Origin: Candidatus Parcubacteria bacterium
Lineage (GTDB): Bacteria; Patescibacteriota; Minisyncoccia; Phycocordibacterales; Phycocordibacteraceae
Direction of reading: 5' to 3'
Assembly: GCA_034666125.1 (NCBI GenBank)
Contig: JAXDML010000010.1
Location: forward strand, 1-50,259
DNA length: 50,259 nucleotides
Every line of letters begins with the position of its first letter. The stretch's first letter is position 1. The notes beneath the pieces were generated by a model, which made no database searches, was not told the DNA's origin, and saw nothing but the letters and a program-made list of their open reading frames with translations. Below, piece after piece: positions 39,102-47,583 of the stretch. A program made the translations under genes and the position numbers.

Positions 39102-40205
39102 ATGAGCAAAGTTGCCCGCGTCCTCAGGCGGCCAGTATCGTGGCCGCTCATGATACTAGCCGCTACGACCCTCGGTCTCTACGTCGTCGCGACATTCTCC
39201 CTTCAGCCGCCCTTCGACCTTGCGGGGGACGCGCCCGGGTACCTCGAGGCGATGCGCGTCCTGAACGGCATGCATCCGCCCGACGGCTTCATCCCGAACC
39301 GCATCCTCACGACCTTCGGCGGGGTATCGACCGTCGCCGCGCTCGCCTGGATCACCGGAAATTACCTCGCGTCCTGGTTCTTCGTGAACACGCTCTACTT
39401 CTTCGGGCTCGCCTTCGTAAGCTACTTCCTCTTCAGGCGCATCACCGGAAGCGACATCGGGAGCATTCTCGGCGCTCTTTTCCTGGTCGGGAACTATGAC
39501 GTGCTCGTCTTCGGCCTGAACTATCTTATGGATATTTCGGGGTGGTTCTGGTTCATGCTGTCGCTGCTATTCCTTTCCATATATATGGAAGGCGACGATA
39601 GGCGGTTCCTCTGGGGCGCGGCGCTTGCCGCGGGCGTGGGTACGCTCTTCAAAGAATACGCCTTCTTCGCCTTCCTGCCGCTCGGCGTCTATCTGCTCTA
39701 CCGCCATTGGCGGAGTCCCCGCGAGATGATCCGCGCCGTCGTACCGTGCGCCGTGTCGCTCTTGCCGCTCGTTCTCGTTCATATAATCGTTTATCTCGCT
39801 TATGGCTACAGCTACTTTGATTGGTACGGCATGAATACGGAGACGTTTGCCTTCGAGGGCTGGGCCTGGAACGCGGGACGGAGCTTCCTCGTCGTGCTCG
39901 GCTTCATGCTCCCGGTTTCGCTCCTCGGCATTTTCGCGTTCGTACATCGTGCGCGCACATCGCTCGACGCACGCAAAATATTGTTTGTCGTATCGCTCGC
40001 CCTGCCCGCGCTCGCCGTATTCCTCTGGCCCATCATCACGGAGCGGCTCGTCTTCCTTTTCGTGCCGCTTGCCGCGCTCCTCGCGGCATTCGCCGTTGCG
40101 CGCTACGAGCGTCATTGGCCATGGTTCGCCTTTATCTGGCTTCTCTACGTCATGGTCGCGCTTAAGACCGACGGGCTTATCCTGAGCGTGCTGTATGGGA
40201 TGTAA
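39102..40205 (+). CDS. GT-C fold membrane glycosyltransferase (PMT/ArnT-like)
   Basis: Multi-TM protein; GD..Y after the first TM segment, LMD, GTLFKE motifs. Confidence 0.65.
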   Translation: MSKVARVLRRPVSWPLMILAATTLGLYVVATFSLQPPFDLAGDAPGYLEAMRVLNGMHPPDGFIPNRILTTFGGVSTVAALAWITGNYLASWFFVNTLYFFGLAFVSYFLFRRITGSDIGSILGALFLVGNYDVLVFGLNYLMDISGWFWFMLSLLFLSIYMEGDDRRFLWGAALAAGVGTLFKEYAFFAFLPLGVYLLYRHWRSPREMIRAVVPCAVSLLPLVLVHIIVYLAYGYSYFDWYGMNTETFAFEGWAWNAGRSFLVVLGFMLPVSLLGIFAFVHRARTSLDARKILFVVSLALPALAVFLWPIITERLVFLFVPLAALLAAFAVARYERHWPWFAFIWLLYVMVALKTDGLILSVLYGM

Positions 40206-40274
40206 GTGGGGAAATATGCTTACTCTATAGGCTTCGAGACCTGCTCCGCCAGCAATAATGCTAAAGTTTATCTC

Positions 40275-41312
40275 ATGGAATTTGTCGATCTTCCCAAACT
40301 CAAAAAAGGAGACAGAGTAGCCGTGATCTCTCCCTCCTTTGCCGCGCCTGGAGTATGGCCTCATGTGTATGAATGGGGCTTAAAACAACTCAAGGATGTT
40401 TTTGGCTTTGAACCAGTAGAGTTGGCCGCAACTAAGAAACTCGGAGCCTCAGCGGAAGAGAGATCGAAAGATTTAATCGATTCTTTTGAACATAAAGAGA
40501 TTAAAGCCGTTATTGCATCGCTGGGTGGAAACGATCAGGTTACTTACATAAAAAACTTGCCAGCCGAACCTTTCCAAAAGAATCCGAAGCCATTTCTCGG
40601 ATTTAGCGATAATACTCATTTCGCGAATTTTCTCTGGCTTAACGGCATTCCCTCGTACTACGGAGCTTCGTTGTTTACTCAATTTGCAATGCAAAAGCGA
40701 ATGGACGAGTTCACTGTTAAATACTTGAAGTACGCTTTCTTTGAGAAAGGCGAATTTGAGCTTACTGCAAGTGATATATATAACGATATTGGCCTAGGTT
40801 GGGACGACCCAAGCAATCTTAAAAAAGAAAGAGTATACGAATCAAATGATGGCTGGTACTGGGAAGGAAGCGCGGACACCGAAGGCGTTACTTGGGGTGG
40901 TTGCCTGGAATCCATCGATGAACTATTAAGGCATGGGGCTCAGATCCCCACACTCGATGAATTTGAAAATATAATCTTGATGACCGAAACTTCTGAGGAA
41001 ATTCCTTCGAGCGATTATGTTTCCCGCGTCTACCGTGCTTTGGGTGAAAAGGGAATCTTAGGGAAAGTGAAGGGAATACTGGTTGGTCGCCCAAAAGCGT
41101 GGGAATTCGACAAACCGCACTCTGCCGACGAAAAGGCAGAGTATCGAAAGAAGCAAAGAGACGCGACTCTTGAGATTATAAGAACGTACAGCAAAACTGT
41201 TCCCGTAATCCAAAATATGGACTTTGGGCATACTGACCCGCAAATCCCTATGCCGTACGGAAGAAGGGTTAGAATTGTATCCTCTGAATGTAGAATATTC
41301 GCCGAGTTCTAG
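40275..41312 (+). CDS. S66 family peptidase (LD-carboxypeptidase/MccF-like)
   Basis: LKKGDRVAVISPS, GGNDQ, GFSDNT, WGGCLE, ETSEE, DFGHTDP; start ATG 40275. Confidence 0.92.
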   Translation: MEFVDLPKLKKGDRVAVISPSFAAPGVWPHVYEWGLKQLKDVFGFEPVELAATKKLGASAEERSKDLIDSFEHKEIKAVIASLGGNDQVTYIKNLPAEPFQKNPKPFLGFSDNTHFANFLWLNGIPSYYGASLFTQFAMQKRMDEFTVKYLKYAFFEKGEFELTASDIYNDIGLGWDDPSNLKKERVYESNDGWYWEGSADTEGVTWGGCLESIDELLRHGAQIPTLDEFENIILMTETSEEIPSSDYVSRVYRALGEKGILGKVKGILVGRPKAWEFDKPHSADEKAEYRKKQRDATLEIIRTYSKTVPVIQNMDFGHTDPQIPMPYGRRVRIVSSECRIFAEF

Positions 41313-41373
41313 ATATTTACTAAAAGGGTCGCAGCGTTGCCCGAGACCGTCAGCCATTTGGTAAGCTAAGCAG

Positions 41374-41877
41374 ATGCTACGACTCGAAGTGAAAGGATTT
41401 CAGGAAACTCTCGGAAAGGGCATGTGCGGACCTGCCTCATTGAAGATAGTCCTCGGCTACTATGGTTTGGATAAGAGCGAGCAGGAACTCGCCGGGCTCA
41501 TAGGAGTTACTGAACTGGGTTCAAACGCCGAAGGTATAGCTCGCGCTGCTGAATCTCTTGGATTCAAGACGCTCATCAAGAACGAGAGTAGCTTTGAAGA
41601 TATAGAAGAATGGCTGAGCAAGAACACTCCCGTCATCGTGAACTGGTTTACGCGCGGCCGATCGGACTATTCCGACTCGGCTGTTCCTGATGGCCATTAC
41701 TCGGTCGTAACCGGGCTAGACGAGGAATCTATCTACTTACAGGATCCGGAGACAGGCGGGTTACGGAAAATCGCTAGAGAAGACTTTCTCGGCGTATGGT
41801 TCGATTTCGAAGGCAAATACATTAAGCCGGATGAGCTGATCATACGGCAGCTTACTGCCATCTACCCAAATACGTAG
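41374..41877 (+). CDS. C39-like cysteine peptidase
   Basis: Q..CGPASL, GHYSVVTG, LQDP (Cys-His-Asp). Confidence 0.82.
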   Translation: MLRLEVKGFQETLGKGMCGPASLKIVLGYYGLDKSEQELAGLIGVTELGSNAEGIARAAESLGFKTLIKNESSFEDIEEWLSKNTPVIVNWFTRGRSDYSDSAVPDGHYSVVTGLDEESIYLQDPETGGLRKIAREDFLGVWFDFEGKYIKPDELIIRQLTAIYPNT

Positions 41878-41930
41878 TTTTCGACGTCGCCTCGGATCAC
41901 TATCGAACTACGGTATACTGCCCGGAACTC

Positions 41931-42647
41931 ATGCGCACGCTATCCATCGTCATCCCGTGCTACAACGAGCGCGCCACCGTGCGCACGCTCCTCGAGCGCG
42001 TTCTCGCGGCGAAGTTTCCGGAAGGATGGGAACGGGAAGTCATCGTAGTCGACGACGCCTCGACCGACGGCACGCGCGAATTGCTTGAGGATATCGATCT
42101 CCCGGTACGCGTCATCCTCCGCAGTGAGAACGGAGGGAAGGGGACGGCGCTCGTCGACGGCTTCAAGGAGGCGAAAGGGACCCATATCCTTATCCAGGAT
42201 GCTGACCTCGAATACGATCCGGATGATATCGGCACGCTCCTCGCCGCAGTCGACGATTCTCCCATTACGGTCGTTTACGGGTCGCGCAACCTGCATCCAG
42301 GCCCGCGCAAGGGGTCGTTCACCCTGCGTGCGGGCGTATGGTTCCTGACCAAGCTCGTAAACGTCCTCTACCGCGTGCAGCTCACCGACGTCAACACGTG
42401 CTATAAGCTTTTCCCGCGCGAAGCGGCGTCCCTGTTCCGGCGAGGCGGCTTCGAAGCGGATATCCTGTTCGACCCCGCGCTCATCCGCGCGGGGTACAGG
42501 ATCAAGGAAGTGCCTATCTCGTATTCGGCGCGTACCGTCGCCGAGGGGAAAAAGATCAAGTACCGGGACGGCGTTCATGCGGCCTTCGCCTTGCTCGCGG
42601 ATTATCTGAGGAATGGGCGGTCTGGTATCATGAAAACCGAAGACTAG
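41931..42647 (+). CDS. Glycosyltransferase family 2 (polyprenol-phosphate glycosyltransferase-like)
   Basis: IVIPCYNE, VDDASTDGT, QDADLEYDP, GSR, TDVNTCYK. Confidence 0.92.
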   Translation: MRTLSIVIPCYNERATVRTLLERVLAAKFPEGWEREVIVVDDASTDGTRELLEDIDLPVRVILRSENGGKGTALVDGFKEAKGTHILIQDADLEYDPDDIGTLLAAVDDSPITVVYGSRNLHPGPRKGSFTLRAGVWFLTKLVNVLYRVQLTDVNTCYKLFPREAASLFRRGGFEADILFDPALIRAGYRIKEVPISYSARTVAEGKKIKYRDGVHAAFALLADYLRNGRSGIMKTED

Positions 42648-42654
42648 TCCATCC

Positions 42655-44829
42655 ATGTATACCAAGACGATCGCCCGCTGGGCCGTACTCACACCTCTTT
42701 TTCTCATTCCGTTCCTCGCGCTTTTCGTATCGGGGGATCTTTTCTTCCCGTTCATCACGGGTAAGAACTTCCTATTCCGGGCGCTCGTGGAGATCGCGCT
42801 CGCCGGATACGCCGTACTCGCCTTTGCCGACCGCCGATACCGCCCGCAGTTCTCCTGGGTGCTCGCGTCCTTCGCGCTCCTGGTCGCATGGACGCTTGTC
42901 GCCGATCTGTTCTCCATCAATCCGCATAAGGCCATCTGGAGCAACTTCGAGCGTATGGACGGGTGGATCACGCTCATCCACGTCTTCGCGCTCTTCCTCG
43001 TGGCGGGACCCGTACTCTCGATCGACCGGCTTTGGCGGCACTGGTGGATGACCCTCGTGGGCGTTTCCTCGCTCGTGACCCTGCACGCGATCATGCAGTT
43101 CTTCTGCGTCGGCAATGCCTGCGGTGCGACGGGCCGTTTCTTCGCGGTGCATCAGAGCGCCACGCGTCTTGACGCCACACTCGGTAACTCCGAGTACCTC
43201 GCCGGCTTCCTCCTCCTGGCTATCGGCATCACCCTCTGGCAGGCCTTTGCGACGAAGGGGAAGGGGTTGCGCGCCTCCCTGTTCGTCCTCGTCGCGCTGC
43301 AGGTACTCGTGCTCTTCGGCACCGGCACGCGCGGCACGTTCGTCGCGCTCATCGCCGCTGCGTTTGTAGGGGGCTTGCTCTGGCTCCTTGAAATGGGGAA
43401 GCGTGGCCGCAAGGGAGCGCTCGTCTTCCTCGCCGCCGTCATCGTTCTCGCCGCAGGGTTCTATGCCGTGCGAAACACGGCGTTCGTGCAGCAGAGCCCG
43501 AATCTTTCGCGCTTCGCGACGATCTCGCTCGGCTCCCTCGACACGCGTGTCGCGATCTGGGGCATGGCGGTCGAAGGCGCCAAAGAGCGGCCGCTCATGG
43601 GCTGGGGCCACGAGGGGTTCAACTACGTTTTCAACAGGCATTACGAGCCGTCCTTATACGGCCAGGAGCAATGGTTCGACCGGGCGCACGACGTGTACCT
43701 CGATTGGCTCATCACGGGCGGCGTACCGGCGCTCCTCCTGTTCCTTCTGCTCGGCGGGAGCGCGATCCTCGCCGTGCATCGGTCCCGGGAACTCAAGGCC
43801 TGGGAGCGCGTGCTGATCCTCTCGGTGTTCGCCGGATACGCCATACAAGGACTGGCCGTCTTCGACAACCTCTTTACCTACATACCGATAGGGATGCTGC
43901 TGGCGTACGCGCACACGCTCCGTTCCCGGCCGATTCCGGCGCTCGAGCGCGTCCGGGAGGTACGCGGAACCGCGCTCGATGCCGTTACGGTGCCCGTCGC
44001 GGTCGTTATCGCGCTCCTGGTCCTGTATATGGTCAACATACCGACCTATGCCGCCGGGACGGAACTCATCAACGGCCTGAGGTCCGGAGGCACGGTGGAG
44101 TCGCGCACGGGATACTTCAAGAGCGCGCTTGCGCGGAACCCGTTCGCAACGCAGGAGATCCGTGAGCAACTACTGGTATTCGCGGGGCAGGTAGTCGGAA
44201 GCGACGTGCCCGCGCCCGCGAAGTCGGCGGCGTTCGCTCTCGCTTCCTCCGAGATAGAAAAGGAGATCGCGCGCGCTCCGCAAGACGCGCGCCTGTACGT
44301 GCAGTACTCCTTCTTCCTACGCGCGGCCGGCCAGTTCGATATGGCCCGCGAGACGGCCGCGAAGGCCCGCTCGCTCTCGCCCCTGAAGCAGAGCATCATC
44401 GTCGAGCAGGGAATCGTCGAATGGCAGGCGGACAAGCCCGAGGCCGCCGCGGCCTTCTTTGAGGAAGCGTATGCGCTCGCGACCACGTCCGACGAGCTTG
44501 CCGCATATGCCGCCGCTGGCCATATTATTTCCGGGGATATCCCGGGCGGGAAAGCCGTACTCCAGGACCGTTTCGGGACCACGACGGTCAATAACATAGT
44601 CCTCGCGCTGGCGTACCAGAGAGCAAACGCCTGGAACGACGTCATCGTGATCCTCTCGGAACGGTATGCGCAGCAGGAGGACGCGACGACCGGCTACCAG
44701 CTCGCCATCGCGTACGTGCGCGCGGGGCGTTTGGACGAGGCGCGCACGCTCGCACGCGCGGTGATGCAGGCGCATCCCGAGACATCGTCGCAAGGCGCGT
44801 CGCTCCTCATGCAGCTCGGCGTGCGATAG
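42655..44829 (+). CDS. O-antigen ligase-like (Wzy_C) membrane protein with C-terminal TPR repeats
   Basis: TLGN, TGTRG, R..IW, PLMGWG, DRAHD motifs; helical TPR-like C-terminus. Confidence 0.85.
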   Translation: MYTKTIARWAVLTPLFLIPFLALFVSGDLFFPFITGKNFLFRALVEIALAGYAVLAFADRRYRPQFSWVLASFALLVAWTLVADLFSINPHKAIWSNFERMDGWITLIHVFALFLVAGPVLSIDRLWRHWWMTLVGVSSLVTLHAIMQFFCVGNACGATGRFFAVHQSATRLDATLGNSEYLAGFLLLAIGITLWQAFATKGKGLRASLFVLVALQVLVLFGTGTRGTFVALIAAAFVGGLLWLLEMGKRGRKGALVFLAAVIVLAAGFYAVRNTAFVQQSPNLSRFATISLGSLDTRVAIWGMAVEGAKERPLMGWGHEGFNYVFNRHYEPSLYGQEQWFDRAHDVYLDWLITGGVPALLLFLLLGGSAILAVHRSRELKAWERVLILSVFAGYAIQGLAVFDNLFTYIPIGMLLAYAHTLRSRPIPALERVREVRGTALDAVTVPVAVVIALLVLYMVNIPTYAAGTELINGLRSGGTVESRTGYFKSALARNPFATQEIREQLLVFAGQVVGSDVPAPAKSAAFALASSEIEKEIARAPQDARLYVQYSFFLRAAGQFDMARETAAKARSLSPLKQSIIVEQGIVEWQADKPEAAAAFFEEAYALATTSDELAAYAAAGHIISGDIPGGKAVLQDRFGTTTVNNIVLALAYQRANAWNDVIVILSERYAQQEDATTGYQLAIAYVRAGRLDEARTLARAVMQAHPETSSQGASLLMQLGVR

Positions 44830-44844
44830 CGAACGCGTAAAGCG

Positions 44845-44882
44845 AAAACAAAAGCGGCGTCGCATGACGCCGCTTTTGTTTT
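44845..44882 (+). terminator. Intrinsic terminator
   Basis: AAAACAAAAGCGGCGTC-GCAT-GACGCCGCTTTTGTTTT. Confidence 0.8.
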
Positions 44883-44916
44883 ACGCACGCACGCAAACGT
44901 TTTTGCGTAAATAAAG

Positions 44917-44925
44917 TTATCCACA
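44917..44925 (+). promoter_or_regulatory. Consensus DnaA box
   Basis: TTATCCACA in an AT-rich intergenic region; degenerate TTCTGCACA at 44937-44945. Confidence 0.55.
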
Positions 44926-45078
44926 CCTCGTGCTTTTTCTGCACAAAAATTTCACCAACGCGCAATAATGTATGCAGAACACATTCGTTCGCGAATCAGT
45001 TTCCGTAATGCGCATTGTTGGAACTGATTCGCGTGCGAGTGGGTCGACATTAGCACTCTAACTTCACCTAACGGACTT

Positions 45079-45264
45079 ATGGCAGCAAAAAGGAAGGCAG
45101 CTAAGCGCCCGGCAAAGAAGGCAGCTAAGCGCCCGGCAAAGAAGGCAGCCGCTAAGCGCCCAGCTAAGCGCCGCGCCGCTAAGCGCCCGGCAGCTAAGAA
45201 GGCAGCGAAGAAATCCGCAGCGAAGCGCCCAGCAAAGCGCCGCGCAGCGAAGAAGCGCCGCTAA
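45079..45264 (+). CDS. Histone H1-like (Hc2/AlgP-type) Lys/Ala/Arg-rich protein
   Basis: 61 aa of AAKRPAKK repeats; tandem 24-nt DNA unit AAGGCAGCTAAGCGCCCGGCAAAG; followed by a terminator. Confidence 0.8.
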   Translation: MAAKRKAAKRPAKKAAKRPAKKAAAKRPAKRRAAKRPAAKKAAKKSAAKRPAKRRAAKKRR

Positions 45265-45275
45265 GCGACTCACGC

Positions 45276-45309
45276 AAAAGGAAGGCCCCCGCGAGGGGGT
45301 TTTTCTTTT
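45276..45309 (+). terminator. Intrinsic terminator
   Basis: AAAAGGAAGGCCCCC-GCGA-GGGGGTTTTTCTTTT. Confidence 0.8.
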
Positions 45310-45319
45310 GGTTCCGCAT

Positions 45320-45348
45320 TTGCCATCTGAAGCACGACGCGGTATATT
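45320..45348 (+). promoter_or_regulatory. Sigma70 promoter
   Basis: TTGCCA, 17-nt spacer, TATATT. Confidence 0.7.
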
Positions 45349-45357
45349 TTGAGGGCA

Positions 45358-45444
45358 ATGAAAAGGACTGGCAACGCAACGTATTTTGCTTGGCATAAAT
45401 CAACCCGAAGAGGGCTGATTTGTGCTTCGGTAGACGTTTCCTAA
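45358..45444 (+). CDS. Putative 28-aa leader peptide MKRTGNATYFAWHKSTRRGLICASVDVS
   Basis: ATG 9 nt after the -10 box, TAA at 45442-45444, lies upstream of a terminator; below the ORF-track size limit. Confidence 0.5.
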   Translation: MKRTGNATYFAWHKSTRRGLICASVDVS

Positions 45445-45469
45445 ACTCCACGCATCGTCTCCGGATTAC

Positions 45470-45504
45470 ACACCAGCCCCTTTACGGGGCTGGTGTTCTT
45501 TTTG
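45470..45504 (+). terminator. Premature intrinsic terminator (attenuator) in the 5' leader
   Basis: ACACCAGCCCC-TTTAC-GGGGCTGGTGT-TCTTTTT between the promoter and the gene at 45538. Confidence 0.8.
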
Positions 45505-45537
45505 CCTTGAGAAACCGATAGAGAGAAGGAGAGTCCG

Positions 45538-46503
45538 ATGTATCTTACTTCGCACGATTCCCTACAACGAGCGCTCGAAGCTCGTATCCGGGACAAAGGC
45601 GCAGTCCAGGAAGGCATACGGCGATTCCTTAAGCGCGAGTATGGTATTGATCAGCCTCTTGAGATCATCCCGCCATATGTCAGACGCGATCGTCCGGTAG
45701 CTGTGCTGGCGCGTCAGATCGCTTCCGCCTGCATTGAGGATATCGCCTTCAACCTGGGGGCGAAGCGGCTCGGTCTCACGCCGCTGACGGCAACGTTCGT
45801 AAGAGATGCCTTCGACGCGAGGAATCATGACAAATACCACCGTGTGCGTATTCCCTGGATCGAGTACTCGAGAAGTAATGTCCGATCCATAAAGCACGAG
45901 CAGATCTCACGCGAGAACGTCCCGGATCTTACAGCCATACCGCTCGAGCATATCCGTTGCCTAGACGGGAAGAAATTGCCCGCCCATCACCGAGATTTGC
46001 GCGCGGCGACAAGGCTTTCAGGCCTCCTTACCGATGTCTCCGGCATGCATGTGGCGATGCTCAAAAGCGCCGACCGGAAGCCGACGCATGTGTATCGGAG
46101 CACAAGACAAGGACATGCGGAGAAGCGTCTACCCCTTGAAAAGGGTTTCGAACTGGCGGACTACGACCGTCCCCCGGCATCGTGGTACTACCCCTACTAC
46201 CTGTCCTGGTTCGTGGACGGGTCGGCAGTGCTTTTCGAGACCTACGACAATCCGATTGCCCAAGTCTCGGAAGCGAAAAGGCTTTTCGAGGCATGCCTTC
46301 TGAAGGTAACGGAAGGAACTGGCTTCACGCCGCTTATCGTGAAGATACCGCCTCTCAGCAACGATATGCTGTGGTGCAATCGGCATCTGCTTTGGGATAA
46401 CGACGGCATACCGTCGCTCGAGCAGGAGGCGGAGCGACTCTGCATGCGTGATACCGTCACGTTCTTCAGAGCTATTGCAGAGTCGGCAATCGGCTATCAC
46501 TAA
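45538..46503 (+). CDS. Hypothetical soluble protein (321 aa), function unknown
   Basis: Long ORF with globular composition (LARQIAS, DAFDARNHDK, WYYPYYL, LFETY, GFTPLIV); followed by a hairpin at 46515-46553. Confidence 0.75.
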   Translation: MYLTSHDSLQRALEARIRDKGAVQEGIRRFLKREYGIDQPLEIIPPYVRRDRPVAVLARQIASACIEDIAFNLGAKRLGLTPLTATFVRDAFDARNHDKYHRVRIPWIEYSRSNVRSIKHEQISRENVPDLTAIPLEHIRCLDGKKLPAHHRDLRAATRLSGLLTDVSGMHVAMLKSADRKPTHVYRSTRQGHAEKRLPLEKGFELADYDRPPASWYYPYYLSWFVDGSAVLFETYDNPIAQVSEAKRLFEACLLKVTEGTGFTPLIVKIPPLSNDMLWCNRHLLWDNDGIPSLEQEAERLCMRDTVTFFRAIAESAIGYH

Positions 46504-46597
46504 CGGTGCGATTGGTTCGCTCCGGCCCCTCGTATGGGACCGGAGCGAACTTTCTGTCGGGCGCTTAAGGCATACTACTTAGAAGTAACGAACGTAT

Positions 46598-47563
46598 ATG
46601 AAAAAAATGAACATCGTGCGAGCACTTACCGAGTTTGGTGAACGACAAGGGCAGGCCACGATACGGGCGGGAGAGTATATTGAAAACCTTCTTATTACGG
46701 GAGGGGTGATCACATATGGGAAGGAGTTTATTGAGGTCGAGCTGCCTCATGCTTCAGCGACGCTTCGCGCAGATACTAAAGAAATTAAGTGCGCCCCCAC
46801 CTCATTCATTGGTGGAAAGATCAATGACAAGGACGCGCTAGTAAGCTCACTCGTTCCCTCTCGTTATCTGCTTACGGTTCCAAACATAAACTTCAATCCG
46901 CGCTCCGACTCGCTGTCGCGCCCGAATTTTTATTTCGCGCCCGCCCTTGCCGTCAGAAAGAAAGACATGCCGCGCATCCTCACGGCCCAAAAGGTTGAGG
47001 GAACAGTGTACGTTCGAAAAATGCGGCACCGGCTAATCCAATTTCTGATAGGTAATCGGAAAAGTCCCGAAGTCGTACTTTTCGCGCATTACGATTCGAT
47101 TGGGCCAGGCGCGATGGATAACGCCTCAGGTACTGCTGTATGCATCTCGATTGCGCTCAAGCATCCGGAGGTTCTTTCGAAAGTACTCATCGTCCTTGAT
47201 CCGAACGAAGAGCTTTCCTACGACAGCCCAACATACTGGGGACATGGCTATCGTGTGTTTGAAAAAAGGCACCCACTCCTGTTGCGTAATGCCAAGCGCG
47301 TCATTGTCGTTGATTCGGTCGGGAATGGGAAACCGCAGATCTTTCGGGATTCTCACACCCTTAATCTCGCTTTTCCGCTGAAAGCCGTTGCCCGCCTTCG
47401 AGGGGACGTGCTAACGGTTGGAGGAGACGTGGAGGGAATGATGGAGTTCTATCAGAGCGATACAGACGTGCCGAGCCAATTGACCGAGGGTTTTCTTGAG
47501 GAGACCGAGGAACTTGTCCTGAAACTCGTCTTATCCGGTTACGGTAGAAGAAATACGCGATAA
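46598..47563 (+). CDS. M28 family metallopeptidase-like protein
   Basis: AHYDS, GAMDNASG, NEE, VDSVG. Confidence 0.8.
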   Translation: MKKMNIVRALTEFGERQGQATIRAGEYIENLLITGGVITYGKEFIEVELPHASATLRADTKEIKCAPTSFIGGKINDKDALVSSLVPSRYLLTVPNINFNPRSDSLSRPNFYFAPALAVRKKDMPRILTAQKVEGTVYVRKMRHRLIQFLIGNRKSPEVVLFAHYDSIGPGAMDNASGTAVCISIALKHPEVLSKVLIVLDPNEELSYDSPTYWGHGYRVFEKRHPLLLRNAKRVIVVDSVGNGKPQIFRDSHTLNLAFPLKAVARLRGDVLTVGGDVEGMMEFYQSDTDVPSQLTEGFLEETEELVLKLVLSGYGRRNTR

Positions 47564-47583
47564 AAGGTATAGTGGGCGGGTCT

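Noticed and set aside
44880-44980. Replication origin
   Set aside because: Only one perfect and one degenerate DnaA box, and no dnaA/dnaN nearby; single-mismatch boxes at 63-71 and 18133-18141 are isolated
45088-45200. Tandem 24-nt repeats as a CRISPR array
   Set aside because: In-frame coding repeats without unique spacers; no cas genes or CRISPR array seen in the window
45354-45445. Known riboswitch (fluoride, purine, c-di-GMP) in this leader
   Set aside because: Consensus cores not found by eye; the uORF model fits better, though an Rfam scan is still needed
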